Assembly (NCBI GenBank): GCA_963788175.1 | Contig: CAWBFZ010000008.1 | Location: forward strand, 64,962-128,961 | Direction: 5' to 3' | Length of the DNA: 64,000 nt | From: Thermoanaerobaculia bacterium | GTDB lineage: Bacteria; Acidobacteriota; Thermoanaerobaculia; Multivoradales; JAGPDF01 | Shown: in pieces, positions 10,482-19,585 of the stretch | How the letters are laid out: every line of letters begins with the position of its first letter | How positions within the stretch are numbered: the stretch's first letter is position 1 | The notes under the pieces: model-generated | The model's input: the letters and a program-made list of their open reading frames with translations, nothing else | What the model was told of the DNA's origin: nothing | Database searches by the model: none | Program-made: the position numbers and the translations under genes

Positions 10482-10733
10482 CTAGCGGGCGAGCGCCGAA
10501 GCCGGCAGGGCTTCGTCCACGAGCATGACGGGGATGTCGGAGACGATCGGGTAGACCAGCTGGGACTCGCGGCAGAGCAGGCCCTCCTCCACCACCGGCG
10601 TCTGGTCGCGGAAATGCTCGCGATAGCGCTCCACGAGCGTCCGCCGGAGCGGCTCGGGCAGTTCCACCCTTTCGAGCGCGGCCCGGCACTGCGGACAGAC
10701 CAGAATGGCGAGGAGTTCGGGATCGACGGTCAT
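10482..10733 (-). CDS. Trm112-family small protein (DUF343)
   Basis: MTVDPELLAILVCPQCRAALE...LLCRESQLVYPIVSDIPVMLVDEA is the characteristic Trm112/UPF0434 pattern. Confidence 0.75.
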   Translation of the reverse strand: MTVDPELLAILVCPQCRAALERVELPEPLRRTLVERYREHFRDQTPVVEEGLLCRESQLVYPIVSDIPVMLVDEALPASALAR

Positions 10734-10867
10734 CGCAAGATAGGCAAGGCTCGAAACGCCCAGAAGATAGCACGGGCCCCTTGCAGGAGAGGCCGGGAGC
10801 GCGCCCCTTTGCTAGAGTTCGCCCGCCGGCCCGGGACACCCCGACTCCGACAACCCGACCCCCGACC

Positions 10868-12121
10868 ATGACAACTCCTGCGCAGGACCTCGTCTGCCGC
10901 TCCTGTGGCGCGCCTCTCGACCGGGTGATGGTCGACCTCGGCAGCTCGCCGCTCGCCAACTCGTACCTCTCCCCGGCTGCCTTGGCGCGGGCCGAGCTCT
11001 TCCTGCCGCTGTGCGTCTACGTCTGCGAGCGTTGCTGGCTCTGCCAGCTGCCGGAGTGCGCGACGCCGCAGGAGATCTTCACCGACTACGCCTATTTCTC
11101 GTCCTTCTCCACCAGCTGGCTCGAGCACGCCGCAGGGTACGTCGACGCCGTCGTGCCGCGCTTCGGCCTCGGCCCGGCGAGCCAGGTGGTCGAGATCGCT
11201 TCGAACGACGGTTACCTGCTGAAGAACTTCGTCGCCCGCGGCATCCCGGTGCTCGGCGTCGAGCCGGCGGCGAACGTTGCGGCGGCGGCGGTCGAGCTGG
11301 GCATCCCCACCGAGGTCCGCTTCTTCGGCCGCGAGACCGCGCGCGACCTCGCGGCGCGCGGCCTCGCGGCCGACCTGCTGCTCGGCAACAACGTGCTCGC
11401 CCACGTCCCCGACCTCGACGACTTCGTCGGCGGGCTCGCGATCCTGCTCAAGGCCGAGGGCGTGCTGACGATGGAGTTCCCGCACCTCGTGCAGATGATC
11501 GACGGCAACCAGTTCGACACCATCTACCACGAGCACTACTCCTACTTCTCGTTCGTCGCCGTCGAGCGCGTCTTCGCCGCCCACGGCCTCGAGCTCTTCG
11601 ACGTCGAGGAGCTCGCGACCCACGGCGGCAGCCTGCGGATCTTCGCCCGCCATGCCGGGGCTGCCGGCGCGGTCTCCGGGCCGCGGACGCCGCGCGTCGA
11701 CGCCCTCCTCGCCTGGGAGCGCGGGCTCGGCGTCGAGACGCTCGCCTACTACGCCGGCTTCTCCGAGCGCGTGCGCGAGACCAAGCGCGCCCTGCTCGAG
11801 TTCCTTACCGCCGCGAAACGCGCCGGCAAGTCGATCGTCGGCTACGGCGCTCCGGCCAAGGGCAACACGCTGCTCAACTACTGCGGCGTGCGCGGCGACT
11901 TCCTCGACTACACGGTCGATCGCAGCCCGCACAAACAGGGCCTCTTCCTTCCCGGCACGCGGATCCCGATCCGCGCCCCGGAGGCGATCTTCGAAACCCG
12001 GCCCGACTACGTCCTCATCCTGCCGTGGAATCTGCGCGCCGAGATCGCCGGCCAGATGGCGGCGATCCGCGATTGGGGTGGTCGGTTCCTGGTCGCGATC
12101 CCCGGGGTCGAGCTGCTGTGA
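10868..12121 (+). CDS. SAM-dependent NDP-sugar C-methyltransferase-like protein (N-terminal Zn-ribbon, class I methyltransferase core, C-methyltransferase C-terminal domain)
   Basis: Lies in ORF 10781..12121, from the ATG at 10868. Motifs: CRSCGAPL...SPLANSYL, VVEIASNDGYLL, DTIYHEHYSYFS, SIVGYGAPAKGNTLLNY. This architecture is typical of TylCIII-like sugar C-methyltransferases. Confidence 0.75.
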   Translation: MTTPAQDLVCRSCGAPLDRVMVDLGSSPLANSYLSPAALARAELFLPLCVYVCERCWLCQLPECATPQEIFTDYAYFSSFSTSWLEHAAGYVDAVVPRFGLGPASQVVEIASNDGYLLKNFVARGIPVLGVEPAANVAAAAVELGIPTEVRFFGRETARDLAARGLAADLLLGNNVLAHVPDLDDFVGGLAILLKAEGVLTMEFPHLVQMIDGNQFDTIYHEHYSYFSFVAVERVFAAHGLELFDVEELATHGGSLRIFARHAGAAGAVSGPRTPRVDALLAWERGLGVETLAYYAGFSERVRETKRALLEFLTAAKRAGKSIVGYGAPAKGNTLLNYCGVRGDFLDYTVDRSPHKQGLFLPGTRIPIRAPEAIFETRPDYVLILPWNLRAEIAGQMAAIRDWGGRFLVAIPGVELL

Positions 12122-12675
12122 AGCTCGTCCGCCTCGGCATCCCGGGAGCGTTCCTGGTCGAGATCGAGCCGGCGAGCGACGAGCGCGGCTTCTTCGCCCG
12201 CACTTTCTGCGCGCGCGAGTTCGCGGCGGCGGGGCTCGAGAGCCGATTCGCGCAGACGAGCCTCTCCTTCAACCCGCGGCGCGGCACGCTCCGCGGCCTC
12301 CACTTCCAGGCCGAGCCCCACGGCGAAGCCAAGCTGGTGCGCTGCGTGCGCGGCAGGATCCACGACCTGCTGGTCGACCTGCGGCCCGAGTCGCACCTCC
12401 TCCGCCAGCACCTGGCAATCGAGCTCTCGGACGAGGCGAGGAACGCGGTCTATGTTCCGCCCGGAGTGGCGCACGGCTTCCTCACCCTGACCGACGACTG
12501 CGAGGTGCACTACTCGATGTCGGAGTTCTTCATCCCCGCAGCGGCGCGCGGCGTGCGCTGGAACGATCCGGCGTTCGGCATCGCCCTTCCCGAACCGGTG
12601 CAGGTGATCTCCGAGCGCGACGCCGGCTATCCCGACTTTCTGTCTCCCCTCCCACCTCGCAATCCCCTCCGATGA
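12118..12675 (+). CDS. rfbC: dTDP-4-dehydrorhamnose 3,5-epimerase-family (RmlC-like cupin)
   Basis: GTG at 12118 overlaps the upstream stop (GTGA). Motifs: FLVEIEPASDERGFFARTF...TLRGLHFQAEPHGEAKLVRCVRGRIHDLLVDLR...YVPPGVAHGF. Confidence 0.8.
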   Translation: MKLVRLGIPGAFLVEIEPASDERGFFARTFCAREFAAAGLESRFAQTSLSFNPRRGTLRGLHFQAEPHGEAKLVRCVRGRIHDLLVDLRPESHLLRQHLAIELSDEARNAVYVPPGVAHGFLTLTDDCEVHYSMSEFFIPAAARGVRWNDPAFGIALPEPVQVISERDAGYPDFLSPLPPRNPLR

Positions 12676-13946
12676 CTGGCGCCGAACTGCACGCGCTCGC
12701 CGCGCGCCTCTTCCCGATCCCGCGCAGCATCACCGGCGACGGCGTCCGCCAGAGCCTGGCGATCCTCGCCGAGCGGATCGCCCTCGAGACGCACGAGATC
12801 CCCACCGGTACGCCGGTCTTCGACTGGACGGTGCCCCGCGAGTGGCGCCTCCGCGAGGCCCACATCACGGCGCCCGACGGCCGTCGGATCGCCGACGCCG
12901 CCGGACACAACCTGCAACTGCTCAACTACAGCGCCCCGTTTCGCGGCCGGGTCGGACTCGAAGAGCTGCGGCGCCATCTCTTCAGCCTTCCCGACCAGCC
13001 CGACCTCATTCCCTACCGCACCAGCTACTACAAGGAGCAGTGGGGCTTCTGCCTCCCCCACCGGCTGGTCGAGGGCCTCCCCAGGGGGGAGTACGATGTG
13101 GTCGTCGATACCGAGCTCTTCGCCGGTAGCCTCACGTTCGGCGAGCTCGCGCTCCCCGGCGAGTCCGCGGAAGAGGTCCTGTTCTCGACCCACTGCTGCC
13201 ACCCGTCGCTCGCCAACGACAACCTCTCCGGCATGGTAGTGGCGATGGAGCTCGCGGCGCGGCTCGCGGCGCGCCAGCGGCGCCGGCTCTCCTACCGCTT
13301 CCTCTTTCTGCCCGGCACGATCGGCGCCATCGCCTGGCTGGCGACGAACCGGCAGAAACTGGCGACGATCCGCCACGCCCTCGTGCTCGCCGGCCTGGGC
13401 GCGCCGGGAGCGTTCCACTACAAGAAGTCGCGCAGCGGCGACGCGCCGATCGACCGCGAGGTCGCGCGGGCCCTCGAGCGGCGGGGCGAGAACCTCGAAG
13501 TCGAGCCGTTCGTGCCGTTCGGCTACGACGAGCGCCAGTTCAACGCCCCCGGCATCGGTCTCGAGGCGGGCTGCTTCTCGCGCATCCCGTACGGCCGCTA
13601 TCCCGAGTACCACACCTCGGCGGACAACCTCGACCTGATCCGCCCCGAGACCCTCGCCGGCTCGGTCGCGGCGCTCGAGAGCGTCGTCGACGGGCTCGAG
13701 AGCCGCGAGTGCTTCGAGAACCTCGCCCCCGAGTGCGAGCCGCAGCTCGGCCGCCGCGGCCTCTACCGCCTGATCGGTGGCGACGACGCTGGCCGCGAGC
13801 GCGAGCTCGCCATCCTCTGGATGCTCAACCTGTCCGACGGCAACCACTCCCTCGACGACATCGCCGAGCGCTCGGCAATAGCGCTCGACCGCCTGCGCGA
13901 AGCCACCGACGCGCTCGTCGCGGCCGACCTCCTCGCGCCGATCTGA
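12672..13946 (+). CDS. DUF4910 / aminopeptidase-like domain protein commonly found in polysaccharide loci
   Basis: ATG at 12672 overlaps the rfbC-like stop (ATGA). Motifs: LFPIPRSITGDGVRQSL...FSTHCCHPSLANDNLSG...YRFLFLPGTIGAI...YHTSADN. Confidence 0.7.
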   Translation: MTGAELHALAARLFPIPRSITGDGVRQSLAILAERIALETHEIPTGTPVFDWTVPREWRLREAHITAPDGRRIADAAGHNLQLLNYSAPFRGRVGLEELRRHLFSLPDQPDLIPYRTSYYKEQWGFCLPHRLVEGLPRGEYDVVVDTELFAGSLTFGELALPGESAEEVLFSTHCCHPSLANDNLSGMVVAMELAARLAARQRRRLSYRFLFLPGTIGAIAWLATNRQKLATIRHALVLAGLGAPGAFHYKKSRSGDAPIDREVARALERRGENLEVEPFVPFGYDERQFNAPGIGLEAGCFSRIPYGRYPEYHTSADNLDLIRPETLAGSVAALESVVDGLESRECFENLAPECEPQLGRRGLYRLIGGDDAGRERELAILWMLNLSDGNHSLDDIAERSAIALDRLREATDALVAADLLAPI

Positions 13947-13988
13947 GCGGTGGCGCCCGGAGCGGCGCCGGTCCACCCCCCTGCAACG

Positions 13989-14387
13989 TCAGGAAGAGAT
14001 GCGCTCGAGGCCCGGGTAGGCGTCGAAGCCGGCATCGAAAGTGAAGATCCGCGAGAGCCTTCTCGCTTCCATCACCGCGGCATGCACGGCGTCGCGTGCC
14101 GAGAGACGCGGATAGGCGAGAACGATGTCGCGCGCCCGCAGAACCGTTTCGAGGTCGACCGGAAAGACCTCGTCGACGACGCCCAGAAGCGCCTCCAGAG
14201 CCGGCTGGATCGCGTCTCGCCGACCGATGGCGACGTAGCGATGCAGGATCTCCTGCAAGACCTCGGCGTCGGTGACCAGGCGCTCACCGTCGGCGATGGC
14301 CCGCTCGAGGCGGCGCTGAGCGTCCACCTTGTGCGGATGGGCCGCGCCGACGAGATACATCGGAACGTTCGAGTCGACGAAAATCAG
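13989..14387 (-). CDS. vapC: PIN-domain toxin VapC
   Basis: Lies in ORF 13989..14552. (L)[17 protein letters not shown]...[12 protein letters not shown]...[10 protein letters not shown] carries PIN acidic residues. There is no in-frame ATG, GTG or TTG near the expected start; the CTG at 14385-14387 overlapping the vapB stop is the nearest candidate. Confidence 0.75.
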   Translation of the reverse strand: MIFVDSNVPMYLVGAAHPHKVDAQRRLERAIADGERLVTDAEVLQEILHRYVAIGRRDAIQPALEALLGVVDEVFPVDLETVLRARDIVLAYPRLSARDAVHAAVMEARRLSRIFTFDAGFDAYPGLERISS

Positions 14388-14641
14388 GCTTCGCCCTCGA
14401 CGCCGTAGCCACTCTCGATCTCGGCCAGCATCGTGCCGATTTCGCCGGCCGGGAAGGCGTGCCGCGCCGCCGCCCGCACCACCGCGAGCTTGCGATCCGG
14501 CGCGCTCGCGGGCGCCGCCTGGCGGCCCGCGCGCAGTGCCGCGCGCACCCATTCCGCGACGCTGACCCGGGCGAGGCCCGCCGCGCGGCGCACCTCGCGC
14601 AACTCTTCCTCCTCGAGCACGACCTGGAGTCGCTTACTCAT
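14384..14641 (-). CDS. vapB: VapB-like antitoxin (ribbon-helix-helix type)
   Basis: [36 protein letters not shown] is an RHH-like N-terminus. It lies directly upstream of, and overlaps, the PIN gene. An alternative start is at 14656. Confidence 0.65.
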   Translation of the reverse strand: MSKRLQVVLEEEELREVRRAAGLARVSVAEWVRAALRAGRQAAPASAPDRKLAVVRAAARHAFPAGEIGTMLAEIESGYGVEGEA

Positions 14642-14646
14642 GCCGA

Positions 14647-14688
14647 TAGTATCCACGACTCACTCCATTGAGTCAATCAGGAGTATCC
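14647..14688. promoter_or_regulatory. Candidate vapBC operator/promoter: palindrome ATTGAGTCAAT flanked by direct repeats AGTATCC
   Basis: An AT-rich patch in GC-rich DNA lies immediately 5' of vapB: tAGTATCCacgactcactccATTGAGTCAATcaggAGTATCC. Confidence 0.3.
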
Positions 14689-14783
14689 TTGTCGGCTTGG
14701 CAGAGAGTGCGACGCCCGTCCGCGAGCCGAGCCATGTCCAGTTTCGGTCGCCCACGCCGCCATCCAGTCCAGGAGAATCGCCC

Positions 14784-16241
14784 ATGAATGCAAATCGCTT
14801 GGTTGGCTCGAGACAACGCTGCCATCGGCGCTGGCTCGTCGGGGTGCTGGCTGTCCTGGCTTCGGCCGGCGTCACCTCCGCCGCGACGATCACGGTGAAC
14901 ACCAGCGTCGACGACGACCTCGCGGACGGCGAATGCTCGCTGCGCGAGGCGATCCTCGCCGCCAACACCGACGCGCCCCGGAACGACTGTCCGGCCGGGA
15001 GCGGGCCCGACCGGATCGTCTTCACCCTCGCCAAGGGGGAGACGATCGCGCTCGGGAGCGCCCTGCCGACCATCACCGACACCCTCCTCGTGCGCGGGCC
15101 GGGGGCCGGCCTGCTGGCCATCGACGGGCAGGATCTCTATCCGATCCTGAACTTCGACCCGCCCACCCTCGGGCGCTGGCTGGGCGTCGAGGAGGTCACG
15201 CTGACGCGCGGTTTCGCCAGCAGCGGCGGCGGCGCGTTGGTCGCACCCGGCCAGAACGGGCGTTTTCATCGGGTGGTCCTGTTCGCGAACCGGGCGAGCA
15301 ACGGCGGCGGCGGGATGTTCCTCAACGGTGACGACACGGCAAGTTCGAACTTCGAGCTCGAAGAGTGTTGGTTCCGGGAGAACGTCAGCCTGGGACCGAC
15401 GGGTGGAGGCGGGCTCGTGGCGACGGCGCCGGGGCTCGCGGTCGAGGTGGACCGCACCACTTTCTCCGGCAACCGCGCCACCGACGGGGGCGGCAACGGT
15501 GGCGCGCTGCTGATGAACCGGGCGAGCCTCCACATCGAGCGCAGCACCTTCTCGGCCAACGAGGCGGCGGCCTATGGCGGCGCGATCCTTGTCTCTGCAA
15601 CCAACGCGTCGGCCCTTCTGGCGCTGCGCGATGTCACCGTCACCGCCAACCGGGCGAACAGCGACAGTGACGCGGTCGGGGGCGGCGGGGGCGTTGCCGC
15701 CTTCATCGACAGCGGACAGACAGCGACCCTGGAGCTGGCCAATACGATCCTGGCCGGAAATCTCGATCCCTCCGCCGCTCCTTCACCCGACGCCTTTCTG
15801 CTGGCGGGGAGCCTGCTTACGCTGACGAGCTCCGGCTTCAACCTCATCGGCTCGAACGAAGGCGCCGAGACCTTCTTCGCCGCCGGCACGCCCAACTCCG
15901 ACGGCGACTACGTCGGCTTCTCGGCGACGCCCATCGCGCCTCAGCTCCTCGCCCTCGCCGACAACGGCGGCTTCGCCCCCGACCATCGCCCGGCGATCGT
16001 CGCCGGGACGCCGCTCATCGACAAGGGGTTCTGTACGGGGTCGCCGGCCGACCAGCGCGGCTACGGCGATGCCGTCAACCACCAGCGCATCGTCGACACC
16101 GGCTTCGTCAACGGCCCCGGCAGCGACGGCTGCGACATCGGCGCGCACGAGCGCGCCGGCGACCCGGGCGCCGACCCGGCGATCTTCAGCGACGGCTTCG
16201 AAGGGGGCCACACCCTCGTCTGGTCGGCCGAGGTGCCCTGA
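14784..16241 (+). CDS. Secreted CSLREA-domain protein with parallel beta-helix-like Gly/Asn-rich repeats
   Basis: ATG at 14784, preceded by aggaga. Signal peptide WLVGVLAVLASAGVTSA, then ITVNTSVDDDLADGECSLREAILAANTD, the eponymous CSLREA N-terminal motif. C-terminus: AIFSDGFEGGHTLVWSAEVP. Confidence 0.7.
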   Translation: MNANRLVGSRQRCHRRWLVGVLAVLASAGVTSAATITVNTSVDDDLADGECSLREAILAANTDAPRNDCPAGSGPDRIVFTLAKGETIALGSALPTITDTLLVRGPGAGLLAIDGQDLYPILNFDPPTLGRWLGVEEVTLTRGFASSGGGALVAPGQNGRFHRVVLFANRASNGGGGMFLNGDDTASSNFELEECWFRENVSLGPTGGGGLVATAPGLAVEVDRTTFSGNRATDGGGNGGALLMNRASLHIERSTFSANEAAAYGGAILVSATNASALLALRDVTVTANRANSDSDAVGGGGGVAAFIDSGQTATLELANTILAGNLDPSAAPSPDAFLLAGSLLTLTSSGFNLIGSNEGAETFFAAGTPNSDGDYVGFSATPIAPQLLALADNGGFAPDHRPAIVAGTPLIDKGFCTGSPADQRGYGDAVNHQRIVDTGFVNGPGSDGCDIGAHERAGDPGADPAIFSDGFEGGHTLVWSAEVP

Positions 16242-16258
16242 GGCGGCGGGAGGTTCCT

Positions 16259-16804
16259 TCAGGCGGAGACGGAAAGGCCGGAACCGCGAGGGCGGATCTC
16301 GAGCTCGGTCTTCGCCGTGACCTTGCTGCCGGCCGGTACGTCGCGGCTCACCAGAGCGTGGGCGCCGATGAAGGAGTCGTCACCGATCGTGACCGGGCCG
16401 ATGATGCTCGCCTGGGCGCCGACCGTGACGCGGTCGCCGAGCCTCGGCATGTCGCTGATCCGCGACAGGGTTGGAGCGCCCAGCGTGACACCGTGCATCA
16501 GCAGGCAGCCGGCGCCGATCTCCACCGCATTGCCGATGACGATTCCGGTGCCGTGGGCGATGCGCAGGCCCGGACCGATCCTCGCCGCCGAGGCGATATC
16601 GACTCCGGTCAGGAAATGGTTGGAACGCGCAATCGCGGGACCGAGAACCGGAACGCCGTGCGCCTTGAACCAGTGCGCGAGACGATGCAGCACCACCGCC
16701 TGGTAGCCGTTCTCGAACAGCAGCGACTCGAGAACGTACCAGGGTGCCGGCTTGCTCTTGATCTCGCGCATGCGCCGCGTGTCGGCGCGAAGGTTGTCCC
16801 ACAT
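16259..16804 (-). CDS. Serine O-acetyltransferase-like hexapeptide-repeat acyltransferase
   Basis: From MWDNLRADTRRM...YQAVVLHRLAHWF...GVDIASAARIGPGLRIAHGTGIVIGNAVEIGAGCLLMHGVTLG. This is the CysE-family pattern; in this sugar-locus context it may be a sugar O-acetyltransferase. Confidence 0.7.
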   Translation of the reverse strand: MWDNLRADTRRMREIKSKPAPWYVLESLLFENGYQAVVLHRLAHWFKAHGVPVLGPAIARSNHFLTGVDIASAARIGPGLRIAHGTGIVIGNAVEIGAGCLLMHGVTLGAPTLSRISDMPRLGDRVTVGAQASIIGPVTIGDDSFIGAHALVSRDVPAGSKVTAKTELEIRPRGSGLSVSA

Positions 16805-16896
16805 GGCGGAAAGTTGGGTTAGGGTACCGGCTAGCCCCAAGGAGAGCAAGTAGGGCGGGCGGATCCGCGCTCTCTGGGACGGGGCAGGGAGGCCGC

Positions 16897-17706
16897 ATGC
16901 GCGAGATCTGGGGTCTCATCCCCGCCGCCGGCAAGGCGAAGCGGCTCCGCCGCGATGCGCAGGGACACCTGCGCAAGGGACCGAGCAAGGAGATCCTCGC
17001 CCTGCCGCCGACCCCGCCGATCGCCGCGGGCGCCGACCTGCCCTCGCGCATCGCCTGCCAGGACCTGCTCGACAACTTCCGTCTCGCCGGCGTGGCGCGC
17101 GCCCTTGTCCTGCTGCGCGAAGGCAAGTGGGATATCCCGAAACGGCTCGGCGACGGCCGCGAGTTCGGCGTCGATCTCGCCTACCGTGTGCTTTCCACCA
17201 CGGAGGCCTCCCGCGGCGTGCCGTTCACCCTCGCGTCCGCGGTCCCCTTCCTCGGCGACCGCATGGCGGCATTGGGCTTTCCCGACCTCCAGGTGCAGCC
17301 GCGCGATCTGCTCGCCCGCCTCGTCCGTCACCGCGAGCAGAACCAGAGCGACCTCGCCCTGGCCCTGGTGCCGTGCGACCGGCCGCAAAGCGCAGATCTG
17401 GTGGACCTGTCGCCGCGCGGCAAAGTGCGGCGCTTCGAGATCAAGCCGCAATCGACGACGCTCAAATGGACCTGGGCGTTCGCCGTCTGGACGCCGCGGT
17501 TCACGCGCTTTCTGGTCAAGTGGACCGAGGGCTTCAACGCGCGCTCGCTGCGCCTCGGCCGCGAGCCGCACGCCGCCGACGTCTTCATCGGCGCGCTCAG
17601 CGAAGGGTTCGAGATCGACGCCCTGCCGGAGCCGTCGGGACGGGTGCTCGATATCGGCACGCCCGAGACACTCGCGGCCGCCAGCGGTTTTCACTCGAGC
17701 TCGTAA
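16897..17706 (+). CDS. Nucleotidyltransferase (sugar-phosphate NTP-transferase-like)
   Basis: MREIWGLIPAAGKAKRL is the G-x-G-x-R-type N-terminal NTP-transferase motif. The gene sits in the glycan locus. Confidence 0.6.
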   Translation: MREIWGLIPAAGKAKRLRRDAQGHLRKGPSKEILALPPTPPIAAGADLPSRIACQDLLDNFRLAGVARALVLLREGKWDIPKRLGDGREFGVDLAYRVLSTTEASRGVPFTLASAVPFLGDRMAALGFPDLQVQPRDLLARLVRHREQNQSDLALALVPCDRPQSADLVDLSPRGKVRRFEIKPQSTTLKWTWAFAVWTPRFTRFLVKWTEGFNARSLRLGREPHAADVFIGALSEGFEIDALPEPSGRVLDIGTPETLAAASGFHSSS

Positions 17707-18473
17707 ACCTCGCCCTCGCCCGGAACCTCCACCGGCAGCCCCGCGCGCTCCTGCATCGCGGCGGCCATGTGCGCCAGGTCGGCGGCGCTGCGCCGCGGAT
17801 GGTGATGGACGACCCAGAGGCGGCCGACGCCGGCGGCGTGCGCCAGCTCGGCGACCGCGCCGGCGTCGGAGTGGCCGGTCGGCGCCGGATCGGTCTCGGC
17901 CGCCTCCTCCGCCGTCAGCCAGACCTCGTGCAGCAGGAGCTTTACCCCGCGCACGAAATCGACCGTCGCCGGGTCGATCACGCTGTCGGTGACATAGGCG
18001 AGCGTGTCGCCGACGCGCACTCCGACCGAACCACCCGGGTGCTTCTGGCGGCGCAGGCGAAGCCGCAGGCCGCCGATGGCGAGCTCCGCGGTGCTGTACG
18101 GAAGAACCTCGACCGGCATCGGCCAGCGTTCGATCGGCAGCGGAAACAGCGGCGGCGAGAGCAGCCGCTCGATCCCCTCCGGCCCGAACGCCGTCAGTGG
18201 CGGCGCCGGCGCGTGAATGCGGATCGGCCGGTCACCGGCGAGTCCGAGCAGGTACGACAGTCCGACGACGTGGTCGAGGTGGTAGTGGCTGAGGAGGATG
18301 TCGAGCCGCCGGCCGGCGGGCAGCAGCGCCGCGACCGCGGGCTCGAGCAGCCGTGCGACGCCGGTGCCGGCGTCGAGCAGGAGCGACTCCGACCCGGTCG
18401 CGAGCAGGAACGACATCGTCTGCCGGCCGGCGGCAGGCAGGTAACCGGCCGTGCCGAGGACGGCGAGCTTCAA
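17691..18473 (-). CDS. MBL-fold metallo-hydrolase
   Basis: Lies in ORF 17691..18650. The HYHLDH motif (HxHxDH) is present. The proposed TTG start at 18473 (LKLAVLGTAGY...) overlaps the upstream stop. Confidence 0.7.
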   Translation of the reverse strand: MKLAVLGTAGYLPAAGRQTMSFLLATGSESLLLDAGTGVARLLEPAVAALLPAGRRLDILLSHYHLDHVVGLSYLLGLAGDRPIRIHAPAPPLTAFGPEGIERLLSPPLFPLPIERWPMPVEVLPYSTAELAIGGLRLRLRRQKHPGGSVGVRVGDTLAYVTDSVIDPATVDFVRGVKLLLHEVWLTAEEAAETDPAPTGHSDAGAVAELAHAAGVGRLWVVHHHPRRSAADLAHMAAAMQERAGLPVEVPGEGEVYELE

Positions 18474-19519
18474 GGGGCGACCGGCTGCGCCGCCGCCGTC
18501 CAGCGCAGGTCGGAGGACAGCGTGCCGGCGTCGAGCAGCTGGCGGATGTGCGCCAGCCGCTTGTAGCGCGGGCCGTCGAATTCGGCCTTGGTCAGGCCGG
18601 CCGCAAGATAGGCCTCGTAGATCTCGCGCGCGCCGCTCCGCGCGTTCCACTTCAGGCGGAACTCCGGGAAGGCGTGGGCGAGCTTGTCGCAGCTCACGCG
18701 GTAGTTGCGCGCGTCGGGTCCGGCCCCCTGGGCGAAGGTGACTTCGCAGCCCGGAATCGTCTCGCCGACGATCTCCGCGAGCTCGCGAATGCGGTAGTTC
18801 TCCGCCGAGGCGCCGATGTTGAACGCCTGCGCGTGGACCTTGTCGCGCGGCGCCTCGAGCAGCAGCACGAAGGCGCGGCAGATGTCCTCGACGTGGACGA
18901 TCGGCCGCCAGGGAGTGCCGTCGCTCTGCAGGACGATCTTCCCCGTGGTCACCGCCCAGGCGGTCAGATTGTTGAGCACCAGGTCGACGCGCAGGCGCGG
19001 CGAGATGCCGTAGGCGGTGGCGTTCCTCAGGAAGACCGGCGTGAAATCGCCGTCGGCGAGGGCCGTCAGCGCCTCTTCGAGCTTCACCTTGGAGACCGCG
19101 TACGGAGTGAGCGGCGCGAGCGCCGCCTGCTCGTCGAGGAGCCCGTCACCGGAGGCACCGTAGTTGCTGCAGGAAGACGAAAAGAGGAAGCGCCGGACGC
19201 CGGCCTCTTTCGCCAGACGCGCGAGACGCAGCGCGCCCTCGAGGTTGATGTCGTAGGTGAGATTCGGGTTGATGTCGCCGAGCGGATCGTTCGACAGCGC
19301 GGCGAGATGCATCACGGCGTCGAAGCCCGCGAGGTCGCCGACCGTGACGTCGCGCAGGTCCTGACGCCGCGACGGCCAGGGCTCGGCGACCGACGGACCG
19401 AAGGTGCAGCTCTCGAACAGGTCGCTGTCGATTCCGCAGGCGTCGATGCCGCGCTCGGCGAGAAGCGGCATCAGGAGCGAGCCGATGTAGCCGTGATGCC
19501 CGGTGACCAGAACGCGCAT
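18470..19519 (-). CDS. NAD-dependent epimerase/dehydratase (extended SDR)
   Basis: MRVLVTGHHGYIGSLL is a GxxGxxG Rossmann motif, and YAVSKVKLE is a YxxxK catalytic motif. Confidence 0.85.
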   Translation of the reverse strand: MRVLVTGHHGYIGSLLMPLLAERGIDACGIDSDLFESCTFGPSVAEPWPSRRQDLRDVTVGDLAGFDAVMHLAALSNDPLGDINPNLTYDINLEGALRLARLAKEAGVRRFLFSSSCSNYGASGDGLLDEQAALAPLTPYAVSKVKLEEALTALADGDFTPVFLRNATAYGISPRLRVDLVLNNLTAWAVTTGKIVLQSDGTPWRPIVHVEDICRAFVLLLEAPRDKVHAQAFNIGASAENYRIRELAEIVGETIPGCEVTFAQGAGPDARNYRVSCDKLAHAFPEFRLKWNARSGAREIYEAYLAAGLTKAEFDGPRYKRLAHIRQLLDAGTLSSDLRWTAAAQPVAP

Positions 19520-19585
19520 GTCGGGGAGTCCTTTCGAGAACCGCCAGAGACGATTCTATCCGCGCCTGCTAAAATCGCCCTCCGA

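Noticed and set aside
8239-10959. The 906-aa ORF read as a single large fusion protein.
   Set aside because: Only the last 308 codons (ispA) make sense. The upstream part is an out-of-frame shadow across the O-antigen-ligase-like and Trm112-like genes.
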